From positions 384,001-448,000 of the forward strand of contig CAVVLO010000001.1 of NCBI GenBank assembly GCA_963749155.1: a stretch of DNA of 64,000 nucleotides, written 5' to 3'. The notes beneath the pieces were generated by a model, which saw only the letters and a list, made by a program, of their open reading frames with translations, was not told the DNA's origin and made no database searches. Positions 10,938 through 21,751 of this stretch are shown here, in pieces; position 1 is the first letter of the stretch; every line of letters starts with the position of its first letter. The position numbers and the translations under genes were made by a program. Origin of the DNA: an uncultured Armatimonadia bacterium. GTDB taxonomy: Bacteria > Armatimonadota > Zipacnadia > CAVVLO01.

Positions 10938-13130
10938 ATGAATCTGCCACAGATTGCCAAAGTGTCTCGTTGGAGGCTCCAGATGACCGCGCTTATTCTG
11001 ATTGCGGCCTTGTGCGCCGCGCTTGCCCTTACTACACAAGCTGCCCCCGTCCAGCCGAAAGGCGAAGTCGTGCTGAAGCCTTTCGACCTGCAAGGTGTGA
11101 CCCTTGGTGGCACCCTCCGCCGGCAGGTGGAAGAGGTATCGGAATACTACCTGCGCCTGGTGAATGATGACCTGCTGATGCCCTATCGCCTGCGAGCCGG
11201 CCTGCCCGCACCTGGCGCCGGTATGGGCGGCGTCTACGTCGGTCACAATCCCTTCCCGCAATATCTCTCCGGCCTGGCGCGCCTCTACGCCGTCACTGGC
11301 GATGAGCGTTGCCGGACCAAGGCTCTGATTTTGCTGGAAGGCTGGGCCGAGTGCCTCGAGCCGGATGGGTTCTTCTTCTCCGACCGCAATCCAGGCCTGT
11401 TGCATTATTACTATGACAAACACGTCGCTGCCCTGGTGGATATCTACCTCTACTGCCATGAACCTAAGGCTTTGGAATACCTTTCCCGCATCACCGACTG
11501 CGCCGAGAAGGAACTCAGCCGCGTGAAGCTCTATGCCAGCCCCACTGGCTTTGACGGAGGCGAATGGTATACCCTCGCCGAGAATCTCTATCGCGCCTAC
11601 CTGGCCACCGGAGACACCCGCTATCGCGATTTCGCAAAGGTCTGGGAGTATCGCGACTACTGGAACTGCTTCGAATCTGACCCTGGTAAGGTGCTCTTCG
11701 AGGTGCTGGCCGAGAAGCACGGCTGGTATCACGCCTACAGTCACGTCAACACCTTCAGCAGTCTGGCTGCGGCTTATCTGACCGAGGGCAATCCAGCCGA
11801 CCTGGCTCTGCTCGAGAAGGCTTGCGACTATGTGCGCGCCACCCAGTGCTATTCGACCGGCGGCTACGGGCCTAATGAGAACCTGCTCCAACACCCCACC
11901 CTGATGCAGTTGCTTGCTGAAACCCATCGTCACTTCGAAACCCAGTGCGGCTCCTGGGCTGGCTTCAAGCTGTCGCGCTACCTGATGGCTTTCACGGGCG
12001 AGGCGCGCTTCGGCGACTGGATCGAGCTATTGTTAATCAACGGCATCGGCGCTTCTATCCCGATGAGCGGCGATGGCCGCGTCTTCTATTACTCTGACTA
12101 TAATCCAGGCGGCGCCGCCAAGCACAACATCGATGCTCCCTGGGCCTGCTGCACTGGCACCCGGCCTCAGGCGGTCGCCGAATACGCCAATCTCATCTAC
12201 TTCCACACCGAGAACGCCCTCTTCGTGAATCTCTACGCCGAGTCCACCCTCCACTGGGAACGCCCTGGCGGCGCTGTCGAGGTCGCGCAGAAGACAGTAT
12301 TCCCCGAAATCGAGCAGACGGTGCTGACCCTTGCACTCGATACTCCGGCAGAATTCGCTATCAACTTCCGCCTGCCCGGCTGGCTGGCTGGCCCTGTGCA
12401 GCTAACTGTGAACGGTGAGCAGTGTTCGCCTGAATTCACGGAGGATGGCTGGGCCAGGGTCGAACGCACCTGGCAGAGCGGTGATGTCCTTAGTCTCAAG
12501 CTGCCGATGAAGCTTTGGGTTAGCTACTACGATACGCCCAACACTTATCCAGCCGCCCTGATGTATGGTCCGGTGGCTCTGGCTGTACGCGGGCAGGAGG
12601 GCAATCCCGCCTCGCTTATTCCGCTGGACAACCTGGAGGGCGCGCTTGAACCCTCGCCAGGTGAGCCACTTACCTGGCGCGTTATCGCCAATCCTTCCGT
12701 GCTGGTGCGGCCTTTTTACGCCTTCAAGGAGGGAGAACGCTATTTCCTCTATCTCGATCCGGCCGTCATCGCTGCCTGGGCAAGCTATCGTTCTGCGCGA
12801 TTCACGGGCGAGTGGAAGGACTATGGCGACTGGATGGCCTGCTTTGTGCCTGGTTCTTATGCAGAATATGACTTTAAGGGAACTGGGTTGCGGCTCCATT
12901 ACACGCTGTTCGATGATTGCGGCCAGGTTGAAGTGAGCGTCGACGGACAGGTTGTTGCAACCTTCGATGAATATGGCCCGGTGCGGGGGGAGAAGGCTTA
13001 CTTCGACCTGACCGGCCTTTCCGATGAGGCTCACACGCTGCGCCTGACCGTGACGGGGAAGAAGGCAGACGCTTCCAAGGGCAACTATGCGAATATCGGC
13101 GCCTTCGAGCGCCTCGACCCGCCGAGCTAG
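10938..13130 (+). CDS. GH127/GH146 beta-L-arabinofuranosidase-like protein with C-terminal beta-sandwich
   Basis: HAYSH, ETQC and WACCTGT motifs, LFVNLY, and ALMYGPVAL. Confidence 0.85.
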   Translation: MNLPQIAKVSRWRLQMTALILIAALCAALALTTQAAPVQPKGEVVLKPFDLQGVTLGGTLRRQVEEVSEYYLRLVNDDLLMPYRLRAGLPAPGAGMGGVYVGHNPFPQYLSGLARLYAVTGDERCRTKALILLEGWAECLEPDGFFFSDRNPGLLHYYYDKHVAALVDIYLYCHEPKALEYLSRITDCAEKELSRVKLYASPTGFDGGEWYTLAENLYRAYLATGDTRYRDFAKVWEYRDYWNCFESDPGKVLFEVLAEKHGWYHAYSHVNTFSSLAAAYLTEGNPADLALLEKACDYVRATQCYSTGGYGPNENLLQHPTLMQLLAETHRHFETQCGSWAGFKLSRYLMAFTGEARFGDWIELLLINGIGASIPMSGDGRVFYYSDYNPGGAAKHNIDAPWACCTGTRPQAVAEYANLIYFHTENALFVNLYAESTLHWERPGGAVEVAQKTVFPEIEQTVLTLALDTPAEFAINFRLPGWLAGPVQLTVNGEQCSPEFTEDGWARVERTWQSGDVLSLKLPMKLWVSYYDTPNTYPAALMYGPVALAVRGQEGNPASLIPLDNLEGALEPSPGEPLTWRVIANPSVLVRPFYAFKEGERYFLYLDPAVIAAWASYRSARFTGEWKDYGDWMACFVPGSYAEYDFKGTGLRLHYTLFDDCGQVEVSVDGQVVATFDEYGPVRGEKAYFDLTGLSDEAHTLRLTVTGKKADASKGNYANIGAFERLDPPS

Positions 13131-13157
13131 AAAGGACAGGCGCCGCAGGCCTGGAAC

Positions 13158-13230
13158 GGGGGTGCGGGGGGTAATACCCCCTGCGCCTTCCCGCCTTGGC
13201 CTTATGTAGGGGCGGGTCTGAGACCCGCCC
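13158..13230 (+). repeat. Family C hairpin plus GTAG-type REP (family B) between convergent genes
   Basis: GGGGGTGCGGGGGGTAATACCCCCTGCGC, then GTAGGGGCGGGTCTGAGACCCGCCC (13206-13230). Confidence 0.8.
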
Positions 13231-13240
13231 AGCTTTATTG

Positions 13241-14564
13241 TTATTTGAGCCCTTCCCCGACCTCGATGCCTTCGAGGTCCAGTTCCGACACGTCACTGAA
13301 GGCGAGGGCCGGCCGCTCTTCAGGCCCAGCCGCGCTGAACCTGGCCTCTTTTAGCGACAGCCCTTCTACGTGCCGCGCCCAGAGGCCGTAAGCCGGCACC
13401 GTGCCACCCAGTTTAAAGTATTCCGGCCAGCGCACCGGGCCCGGATCGTCCTCGATGAACTCCGCGAGCCGCCCTCGCGCGTCCTCTTCAGTGCCGCCGC
13501 CAGGCCCAATATAGCTTAGCCCCTCGATATTGGCCTGCCTTATTGGATGCCCTGGCGTGCCTGTCATCATCAGGGCCGAGTCTTTGTCCAGTCCAGAATT
13601 GTCGATGCTCATCTGTTTGAAGCTGAGGTTGCGAAGCTCCCCATACGCGACCGCTTCCTCCGGCGTCTCGACCCCCGCGCGGCCCTTCGAAAGCGTCAGA
13701 AACACCGGCCGCGGGACGTTCACCATCGAGAGGTCGCTGAAGTGGAGGTCCTCAATCGTCCCGCCCTCATAGGCCTGGATCTTCAGCCCTGAATCCTCGA
13801 TATCGCGGAACTTGCAATCTCTGACGTCCAGCCGCCTGATGTCGCCATATGAGAGCAACCCGATGCGCATCCCGGCCCATTTGCTGTGGAAATCACAGCC
13901 GCTCACAGTGATATCCTGGCAGGGGTATTCGCGCTTCGAGGCCTGCAGGCAGATGGCATCATCGCTGGTGTCGAAGACGCAGTGGCGCACCTCGACACGC
14001 TCGCAGCCGTCGAAGTCGAGCCCATCGCCATTCCAGTTGGCCCGGCTGCTAATAGTGACGTTTTCCACCAGAACATCGCGGCAATACAGCCAGGCGGACG
14101 TCCACGCTGCCGGATCGCGCAAGGTCAGGTCGCGCAGAGTGACGCCCTCGCAGTTCGATAAGCCGCAGCAACATTGGCCTGGGGTCGCCGGGGAAGTGGT
14201 CTCGGTCGCCCCGCCCGTCAATCACGCCGTGGCCTTCGAGGGAAAGGTTCTGGGCGTCGCGCGCGAACAGCAGGCACCTGTCCATATGCGACTCGCCGAG
14301 GTACATAATATGGTGGGTGTCGGTGGTGTAGTCGGCGTGGTTCTGGCTGCCAAGCAGAGCGGCGTTCTCCTCGACCAGCAGCCGCACACCAGACTTCAGG
14401 TAGAGGGTTCCCGTGACGAAACTGCCCTCTGCGAGGCGAACTGTCCCGCCGCCGGCCGCCGCGCACGCATCGATTGCCGCCTGCAGCGCGCGCGTCTCGA
14501 CCCTTGTGCCATCTCCCACCGCGCCGTAGCGCTTCACGTCAAAAACCATCAGAGCCTCTCCCAT
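13241..14564 (-). CDS. GH28-like pectin-lyase-fold glycoside hydrolase; frameshifted near 14150
   Basis: FDVKRYGAVGDG..T.ALQAAID, NGDGLD and SDDAIC motifs. Confidence 0.85.
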
Positions 14565-14632
14565 GCCTGAAAGACGCAGGGGGAGCTTCCCCCTGCACCC
14601 CCACTAGCGGCTTCGCCGGACAGCGACCGAAA

Positions 14633-14765
14633 CTGCGCCGCATCCTCTTTCGCCCCGTGTTTCGGGAGCTTGCTCCCGAAACCTGAGTCGCTAGCCTTTG
14701 ATGTACCCGTAGTACCGCCCCATCCAGTACGGCAGCAGCCAGGCGGCGGCGTCCTCTTCGCTCCG
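14633..14765 (+). repeat. 133-bp direct repeat, left copy (family A REP plus duplicated 3' end of gene 16090..17932)
   Basis: Identical by eye to 16032..16164. Confidence 0.9.
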
Positions 14766-14878
14766 TCCAGCCTTTCTTCTGAGACTGTACTGACTGAGTA
14801 TACGAGATGAACGGTGGTAGAATGAAGAGGGACAGATCAACCCAATTCCTCAACGAGACGAGCGCCGGGAGGCGAGGC

Positions 14879-15309
14879 ATGAAGACAGTCTATCTGGTTT
14901 CGTGTGTGAGCAAAAAGAGATCAGGAACCTGCTGCCGCAAAAGACCTCTATATGTCAGACTGGTTCCTGAAAGCTCGCTCCTACGTCGAGAAGAGGGACG
15001 GAGCGTGGTTCATCCTGTCCGCCAAATATGGACTGCTGGACCCAGACCAAAAAATCGAGCCGTACGAAGTGACACTCAACACAAGGTCGGTCTCTGCTAG
15101 AAGGGACTGGGCCCAGAACGTACTCAAAGCCCTCGAGACGCAGATCGAGCCAACAGATCGCGTGGTCATCCTGGCGGGCGCCAGGTACCGGGAGTTCCTG
15201 ACCGAGCGCCTGGAAGACGCTGTGTGCCGAGGTTGTGATTCCAATGGAGGGGCTGCGCATTGGGGAACAACTGGCATGGCTAAATTCGCAGGGGGCGTAT
15301 GATGAGTAG
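14879..15309 (+). CDS. DUF6884-like protein; two frameshifts
   Basis: Reconstructed sequence: MKTVYLVSCVSKK...AKDLYMSDWF.KAR...WFILSAKYGLL.P...IEPYEVTL...LAGARY...PMEGLRIGEQLAWL. Confidence 0.75.
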
Positions 15310-15998
15310 GGCAGAGCACCTCCAAGAGTTTTACGCGCTCATCGATGAATTGAGTGACCGGGTAGGCGGGGCGCGCTTGCTGGGAGAGTGCAGCGCGAGG
15401 TCGGGATGGCCCAACCGCGGCGTGTATTTCTTCTTTGAGGAGGGAGAGACTCGCAGCGGGCCTGATGCCAGGCCAAGGGTCGTTCGCATTGGCACCCACG
15501 CGGTGACAGGCCGGTTCGAAGACCACGCTCTGGCACCGGCTTTCCCAGCACAAGGGCGTCGAGAAGAGCGGTGGAGGCAATCATCGCGGCTCTGTGTTCC
15601 GCTTGTGGGTGGGTGCCGCGCTCATCGAGAAGGATCCTGCGCTCTGTTGCTCCACCTGGGGTTGTGGCTCATCGGCTCCGAGAGAGGTGCGGGAGGCCGA
15701 ACACGATTTGGAATGCCTGGTAAGCCAGCACATCGGCAGGATGCGCGTGCTAGGGGTGGCGGTCGATGACGCTGCTTCGACTGCAAGCCTGCGTGGCCTC
15801 ATCGAGCGCAACGCCATCGGCCTTTTGAGCAACTACAATACCCCTGACAGAATTGATGCTCCCTCAGCGCAGTGGCTTGGCCGGTCATGCCCGAGCGAGC
15901 GGATCAAGCAGTCGGGACTGTGGAACTCGAACCACGTAGACGAGGGTTACAACCCAGCCTTCCTCGAGGTGTTGGCCACCCTAATCAGGTCGACATAA
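15302..15998 (+). CDS. GIY-YIG-like nuclease-fold protein; frameshifted near 15510
   Basis: GVYFFF...RVVRIGTH...TTLWHRLSQH...NHRGSVFR...IERNAI...SGLWN; overlaps the DUF6884 gene end. Confidence 0.6.
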
Positions 15999-16031
15999 GA
16001 CGGGAGCGGCTAGCTGCCCCCTCATCCTGAG

Positions 16032-16164
16032 CTGCGCCGCATCCTCTTTCGCCCCGTGTTTCGGGAGCTTGCTCCCGAAACCTGAGTCGCTAGCCTTTGA
16101 TGTACCCGTAGTACCGCCCCATCCAGTACGGCAGCAGCCAGGCGGCGGCGTCCTCTTCGCTCCG
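16032..16164 (+). repeat. 133-bp direct repeat, right copy
   Basis: Identical to 14633..14765; contains a family A REP at 16056-16081 and the stop codon of the 16090 gene. Confidence 0.9.
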
Positions 16165-17932
16165 GCCGCCATCTCCACCGTCGGGCATCCAGGGATTGCC
16201 GTTCCAGCGCCAAACGCGACGTTCGTTCATCGCCAACACGCGAGTGAGCTGGCGCCTCGGCGTGCCCGGCGCGGTGCGAAATTCCACATCGTCTCGGTGG
16301 CTGTTGCGCATATCCCACTGAACCAGCTCCCAGGGCCACTCTTCAAGCGTCTGAACGCTCTCCTCCACGTCGCACGGCGCCCCGGACAGCGCCCCGTAGA
16401 AGAAGTTATAGAAGGGCGACCGCTCCGGCCTGATGCCCTGCCAGGTCTGCTGGAGTGTTGCAAGCAGCACCGAGCGGCGGATTGGGTCTTCTTCCAGCGA
16501 CAGCAGCGGGAAGTAAACGCAATACGCCAGCTCATCGTCCGAATGGTTGATGCCGTACCAGGGATACTGCCGCCGGTAGGTCAGCGAGTTCAACAGGTAG
16601 TGATGCTCGCGGATGAGTTCGTCATAGGCCACCTGGTATTTGGCTGACGGGACTATATGGGAGGCGACCTTGAGATAGCATAATAACTCGGTGGAGTTGA
16701 GCCCGCGCTCCTCGTTCCAGAAGGGATCGTCGTTGAGGAACTGCGGCCCGAAGACGCCCCAACGCGTCTTGCGCCCTGTGTGCCCGACCAGGGTGTAATC
16801 ATGCTGTAGCAGGTTGTCGGTCACCGCTGCAACCACCTGGCGAAGCTGTGCCTTCTCGGCTTCATCGGCCACCAGTTCGTGGTAGAGATACCAGGCCAGA
16901 TAATGCCCGTCCAGCTCATCGGAGGAGCAATCACCTTTGCAGATAACTCCAGGGTGCGTTGGCGACTCGTACCAGATCAGATCGTCTTCCTCTGGGATGC
17001 GCACTGTCTCGGTCGGGTCGAAGCCGTCTACCTCCTCGCCGCGGTTGATGATCGCCCGCGCAGGGCAGCCCGGATAGCCCGATAGCCGCGTCAAATCGAG
17101 CAGCGCCTCATGGCTTTTCTTCGCCAGGGCTCGCGCCTCCTCACTGCCCGTGACCGCATACCGGAAAGCTTCAGCCGCCACGTAGAGAGCCGTCCACAGC
17201 CCGTCATTGTCACTGGCTTCGTGGATGAACCCGCCTTCAGGGTCGACCGGGTGTCTTCAGATGGCAGCCCGTTACCCAGCCGCGCCGGTTGTGCCGCGCC
17301 GCATTGCTCTCCTCATAATGGGCAGCTTTCTCCTCGAGCGTAATCTCGGCCTCCCAGATACGCCCCACCCCGCCGTCGGTCGCCAGCAACACGGAGCCAT
17401 CGTCCTGGGGAAGCAGCCCTGTCACTTTGTTGCCCGGTAGCCAGCGCTTGCCCCAGAAATAGGTAAATTTGCCCGCCCTGAGTCGCCAGGCGCCCTCGCT
17501 CGTGCCTGCCCAAAGGTCGCCGTTTTGCGCGAAAGCGAGGCACAGCACGTCCTCATAAGGCATCCCGTCGAACCTGTCGAAGGTATGCCACCAGTCTTCG
17601 CCATCACTTGCCACGATGCCCTGGCTGGTCGCAAGCCACACCTGCCCGCGTCCATCGGCCAGTACCTGGCGGAACTCGGCGTCCATCCGGATTGTCGGCT
17701 GATTCAGTTTGTAGGTGGATGGCGCCTTCAGCGGCTGCCAGCCTTCCACCGGCCTCCAGCGGAAGGCCCCAGCGCTGGTGATAACCCACCAGCCGACTTG
17801 CGTCCGGGCAGCGCTCCTTACCTCGGCTCCAGCCGGCAACCCAGGAGGCAGCAAGGGTATCTCCGGCGCAGGGAAGGGCTCCTGACACTCGCAGCGCTCC
17901 GCCCTCAACTGCGGAAAAGTCCTCTTTTGCAT
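16090..17932 (-). CDS. Hypothetical protein: N-terminal two-component-regulator-type propeller repeats plus (alpha/alpha)-barrel domain; frameshifted near 17240
   Basis: VWLATSQG, LWAGTSEG and VLLATDGG repeats; SDNDGLWT and SSDELDGH motifs; ORFs 17237..17989 plus 16090..17181. Confidence 0.65.
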
Positions 17933-17960
17933 AAGTCGCTCCTTGATATTTGGAAACGTC

Positions 17961-18058
17961 ACAGGGGGAAGCTCCCCCTGCACCCCCACTAGCGGCTTCG
18001 CCGGACAACTTCGCGACCTCGCCGCTGACCGCGTGTTTCGGGAACTTGTTCCCGAAAC
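17961..18058. repeat. Family C (inverted) plus family A module
   Basis: CAGGGGGAAGCTCCCCCTGCACCCCCACTAGCGGCTTCGCCGG, then GTGTTTCGGGAACTTGTTCCCGAAAC. The same layout occurs at 14575-14682. Confidence 0.8.
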
Positions 18059-18068
18059 CCCCTTTCGC

Positions 18069-19127
18069 TTAGCCTTTCATCACTTCGTCCCAAAAGGCCA
18101 GATAATTCGCCAGCGGCACGTTGGGCTCCATCTCGGTGGAGCTTCCAATCAGCAGTCGCCCCTCCGAGCCTGTCTCCCTGATCATCCGGCGCGTCTCGGC
18201 GCGCACTTCCTCGGGCGTGCCGTTCGGCATCAGATGGGTGACGTCCATCCCGCCGACCAGAATCGTCTCCGGCTGCTGCCTGCGCAGCTCGTAGACGTCC
18301 ATCCCAGCGGCCTTCTCGAGCGGGTTGATGCCATCCACGCCCGCTGCGATCAGGTCAGCGATGATATCCATAATATAGCCATCCGAATGGAAGATGACCT
18401 GCAACCCGCGTTCGTGACACTGGGCACATATCCGCTCCACATCCTCGAAGAAGCCCATCTCCCCGAACATCTCGCGGCTGAACATCAGCCTCTGCTTGTA
18501 GGCGATGTCCGAGTAGATCATCGCCAGACCCGCCGTTTCTTTGTGCGCGGTGAGTGCGATATGGTCGGAATTGGCTTGCTCCAGCGCCCGCAGCCATCTC
18601 AGCACCAACTCGCGGTCGTCCGCCCACAGGTAGGAGAAGACCTCCAGCCCACAGCCTCCGAACAGCGCGTGGTTTATGGCCGTCGAGGGCGTGCAGAAGA
18701 TGAACTGCGTGCCGTCCAGCTTCTCGAGCAGCTCCAACTGGCCTGGGATGGCTGCCTGACACTGCTCGGGAGTTGGGCGTTCGTTTGCTTCCATCTGCTT
18801 GCAGGAGGCGGTTATCCACTGCTTCCAGCGCTCGATATCCGGTCGCGCGTGTTTACGCTGCCAGACGGTCCAGCGATAGGCCACATACTCGTTGCCCCAG
18901 CCATCGGTCCAGGTCTTGCCCTCTTCATTGGGCACCGAGAGATGCCTCGTCCCGTCAAGTGCCCGCCCAATCGCGCGCGCCGAGACGCTAAGGTCATCTG
19001 TACCGTCCAGAGGCGCCCCTGCAAAGTGGGCAATTATCGCATCGTTCACAAGAATATCGAAGATTGGCGTCCGTTCGGGCCTCTCGCCCCTGCACGCCTC
19101 GGCCATCAGTCGGGCTGAATCCTGCAT
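18069..19127 (-). CDS. Uroporphyrinogen decarboxylase / MtaA-like TIM-barrel family protein
   Basis: YSDIAYK, IFHSDG, GVDGINPLE and LVGGMD...GTPEEVRAE motifs. Confidence 0.8.
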   Translation of the reverse strand: MQDSARLMAEACRGERPERTPIFDILVNDAIIAHFAGAPLDGTDDLSVSARAIGRALDGTRHLSVPNEEGKTWTDGWGNEYVAYRWTVWQRKHARPDIERWKQWITASCKQMEANERPTPEQCQAAIPGQLELLEKLDGTQFIFCTPSTAINHALFGGCGLEVFSYLWADDRELVLRWLRALEQANSDHIALTAHKETAGLAMIYSDIAYKQRLMFSREMFGEMGFFEDVERICAQCHERGLQVIFHSDGYIMDIIADLIAAGVDGINPLEKAAGMDVYELRRQQPETILVGGMDVTHLMPNGTPEEVRAETRRMIRETGSEGRLLIGSSTEMEPNVPLANYLAFWDEVMKG

Positions 19128-19139
19128 CCGGTGCTCCTG

Positions 19140-20831
19140 TTACTTGAATTGGAACCCATACAGCTTGGTCGCGCGCGCCTCGATATGCAGTCTGAGGGGC
19201 CTGCCAGCGAGAGCTGACAGGTCGCTTGCTCCCTTCCACGAGACCACTTTCCGGATGTAGTTGCCGCCGATCTCATCAGAGTCGGCAAGCGCAAAGCCGG
19301 GCAAGGCGTTGCCAGCGGCATCCTGGAGTTCTACCCGCAAGGTGCCTGCCGCCTGGGTGTCGACGTTCAACTCAAGCCGGTTGCCGGAAAAGCTCATCGG
19401 TGGGCTGGTGAACTCTCCCCCGGTGTAGTCGAAATCCAGCGAGACGAAACCATCCAGTCGCTGCCTCGCGCACCAGAGCCTGCCTGCGAAATAACGCTCT
19501 AACTCGGCCCTCGAAAGGTCGTTCAGACTGCCGTGGTGAGTACCCGCCTGGATCACATAGTACTGATAAATCCAGTCACCGAATCTCGCCATCCCCAGTA
19601 GCATAAAGTTGTAGTCGCGTGTGCACTCGGTCGAAAGACCAGGCGCGAGGTAGGGTTTGCGCTCAGGACGCATCCAGAAGACGCCATCTCGGCTGCATGC
19701 AAACTGGGTCACCAGTGGCCCATCATTCCCGTCCAGTCCCACGGGCGGCGGGGTATGCCGATACAGCGGAGGGAAGCCGAGATACACGTCCTCTGCCCAC
19801 GGATACTTGTGCGGGCAAAGCTGGTAGAAGTCGCTGTCCGGCGGATCCTGCGCATCTGGCCCCCAAACGAAATCCGGTGGCTGGGTCCAGGTGCTGTAGA
19901 TATCGTCCAGCTCGACCCGAGAGGTGCCCCGGCTCTGACTGGTTGGCGTCACGAAAACGTCTTTGCTGCCTGTCAGAATCTCGGCTGCGCGCGGCGCTGC
20001 TTCGATGACGCGCGTAAGTCCGCCCCGGCGCTCATAGGCCACATACTTGCCAAGCCGGTCATCCCACCAGGCGGGGATTGGCGTTTCGACATTATCATTG
20101 GTCAGCATATTGGGCTTGCGCGTGAAGCTCTTGCCATCAGGAGAAACCCAGAGCGCCAGGCCCTGCTCTGCCGGTCCCTGCGGATTGTCCAGCATCATTG
20201 GGGTGTTCTCGCTCGTAATCAGCTTCCAGCGTTCCTCGGGCGGGCAAGCGGGATTTGTGTCGTAGAAGGGAGTTGCTTCCACCCGGCCTGTCAGCACGAC
20301 ATTATTGGCTGTCGAGCCCTTACGCTCGAACAACCCAAGCTCGGGTCGAGTGAATTGCAACCCGTCGGTTGATTCATAAAGGCGCAGTGTAACGTCCCTG
20401 ACAGGGGGCAACTCGCCTCTGGATCGCTCAGGCCAGCGCTGAATGCGCCCCGCCATAAAATCAGAGATTACCGGGCCATAATCCTCCAGCCGGCAAGCGT
20501 AGATCCGCACTGGTCCATCGGCTTCAGTCTGGACGAGGGTCGAATAGGCGAAATACTCTTCCTCATACCCTTTGCCAGGCAACACGGGGAAGGTCTCGCG
20601 GGGGGGATTTACCCCAAGCTGGCAGCCGGTGCCGTCTTCGATGAACCGGTGGTCGATGAAGAGCTGCTTCCTGTCACCGACATCCCATATAGCAGGAGGA
20701 GGAGCAATCTCATATTCGACCTGTGCCAGCGCAAAACCTGCGACCGCAATCAGCAAGAGAGCAAGCTGGGTTGGCACCAGCACTGCCACCAGTCCTGCAA
20801 TCAGCAGTTGAACCACCAGGCGCCCTCTCAT
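19140..20831 (-). CDS. Secreted five-bladed beta-propeller glycoside hydrolase-like protein
   Basis: QLFIDHRFI, Asp-box-like ESTDG, SPDG and SRDG repeats, and C-terminal RLDGFVSL...KLYGFQF. Confidence 0.65.
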   Translation of the reverse strand: MRGRLVVQLLIAGLVAVLVPTQLALLLIAVAGFALAQVEYEIAPPPAIWDVGDRKQLFIDHRFIEDGTGCQLGVNPPRETFPVLPGKGYEEEYFAYSTLVQTEADGPVRIYACRLEDYGPVISDFMAGRIQRWPERSRGELPPVRDVTLRLYESTDGLQFTRPELGLFERKGSTANNVVLTGRVEATPFYDTNPACPPEERWKLITSENTPMMLDNPQGPAEQGLALWVSPDGKSFTRKPNMLTNDNVETPIPAWWDDRLGKYVAYERRGGLTRVIEAAPRAAEILTGSKDVFVTPTSQSRGTSRVELDDIYSTWTQPPDFVWGPDAQDPPDSDFYQLCPHKYPWAEDVYLGFPPLYRHTPPPVGLDGNDGPLVTQFACSRDGVFWMRPERKPYLAPGLSTECTRDYNFMLLGMARFGDWIYQYYVIQAGTHHGSLNDLSRAELERYFAGRLWCARQRLDGFVSLDFDYTGGEFTSPPMSFSGNRLELNVDTQAAGTLRVELQDAAGNALPGFALADSDEIGGNYIRKVVSWKGASDLSALAGRPLRLHIEARATKLYGFQFK

Positions 20832-20918
20832 TGGCGAGTGCCTCCTCGGTTTCCAGAGCTGCCCGAGTGTTCGTCATATGAGCGCGCGCCCCTGCGAAGT
20901 CCGACCTTTTCGGCCTTG

Positions 20919-21737
20919 CTACCCCGCCTGGAAGAGGCCCAGATGCCAAAAGGCGCGGACAGTTAACACGGCGCCGACAGCAGTTATCAGGATTGCGCTC
21001 ACGACCGGTGCCCACGAGACCGCTCTGCTGTTCGCCTCAAGGCGTTTGCTGGCAAAGTTGGCGGCTTTCACCATAACGATGCCAATTGCAACTAATACGG
21101 CTGCCATCCCCAGGCTGAAGATAAGCACCAGGCTGAGCCCCTTCATGAATTCACCATACGCCACCGCTGCAAGCAGCACCGTCAGGGCCGCAGGGCAGGG
21201 CACGATACCACCGGAGATACCCAGTGCTACCAGTTGGCCAAGTGAAGGACGTTCGCCGGGCTTTACCTCGGGCGCGCGGGGATGAGAGTGGCTCTCTCCA
21301 CCCCAATGACTGTGGCCAGCCTCTGTTTCGTGAGAGTGATGATGGTCGTGGTCATGCGTCAGACCCTGGGCGTGCAGCTCTTCATGCGAGAGCTGCTCGT
21401 GTTCGTGGTGGTGATCATCGCCTGCCTTTGCTTGCCGCAGCCGCACGGTCAACATCCAGCCCCCGACGAGGATGACCAGCAGTCCAGAAACCACCTCTAG
21501 CACCTGGCCGACCGTTTCGGGAACAAAGTAGGCCGCGGCCACAGTCGAGAGCACTCCCAGCAGTATCACGCTGCCGGAGTGAGTAAGAGTGACCACGATC
21601 CCAAGCAATATTGCATCACTAATGCGGCCTTTGGAGCCTATCAGATAAGCGCCAACGACCGTCTTGCCATGCCCAGGCTCCAGTGCATGGGCCGCGCCTA
21701 GCCCGAACGAGCCCAGGGCAAGCCAAATAAACTCCAT
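20919..21737 (-). CDS. rcnA: Ni/Co efflux permease, RcnA (NicO) family
   Basis: HALEPGHGKT signature, His-rich loop and GIVPCPAA. Confidence 0.85.
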   Translation of the reverse strand: MEFIWLALGSFGLGAAHALEPGHGKTVVGAYLIGSKGRISDAILLGIVVTLTHSGSVILLGVLSTVAAAYFVPETVGQVLEVVSGLLVILVGGWMLTVRLRQAKAGDDHHHEHEQLSHEELHAQGLTHDHDHHHSHETEAGHSHWGGESHSHPRAPEVKPGERPSLGQLVALGISGGIVPCPAALTVLLAAVAYGEFMKGLSLVLIFSLGMAAVLVAIGIVMVKAANFASKRLEANSRAVSWAPVVSAILITAVGAVLTVRAFWHLGLFQAG

Positions 21738-21751
21738 TTCAGGTCCTCCAA

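Noticed and set aside
17943..19118. Long antisense ORFs (also 844..1872, 10809..11933, 54361..55194)
   Set aside because: They are shadows of well-supported genes on the opposite strand, common in GC-rich DNA.
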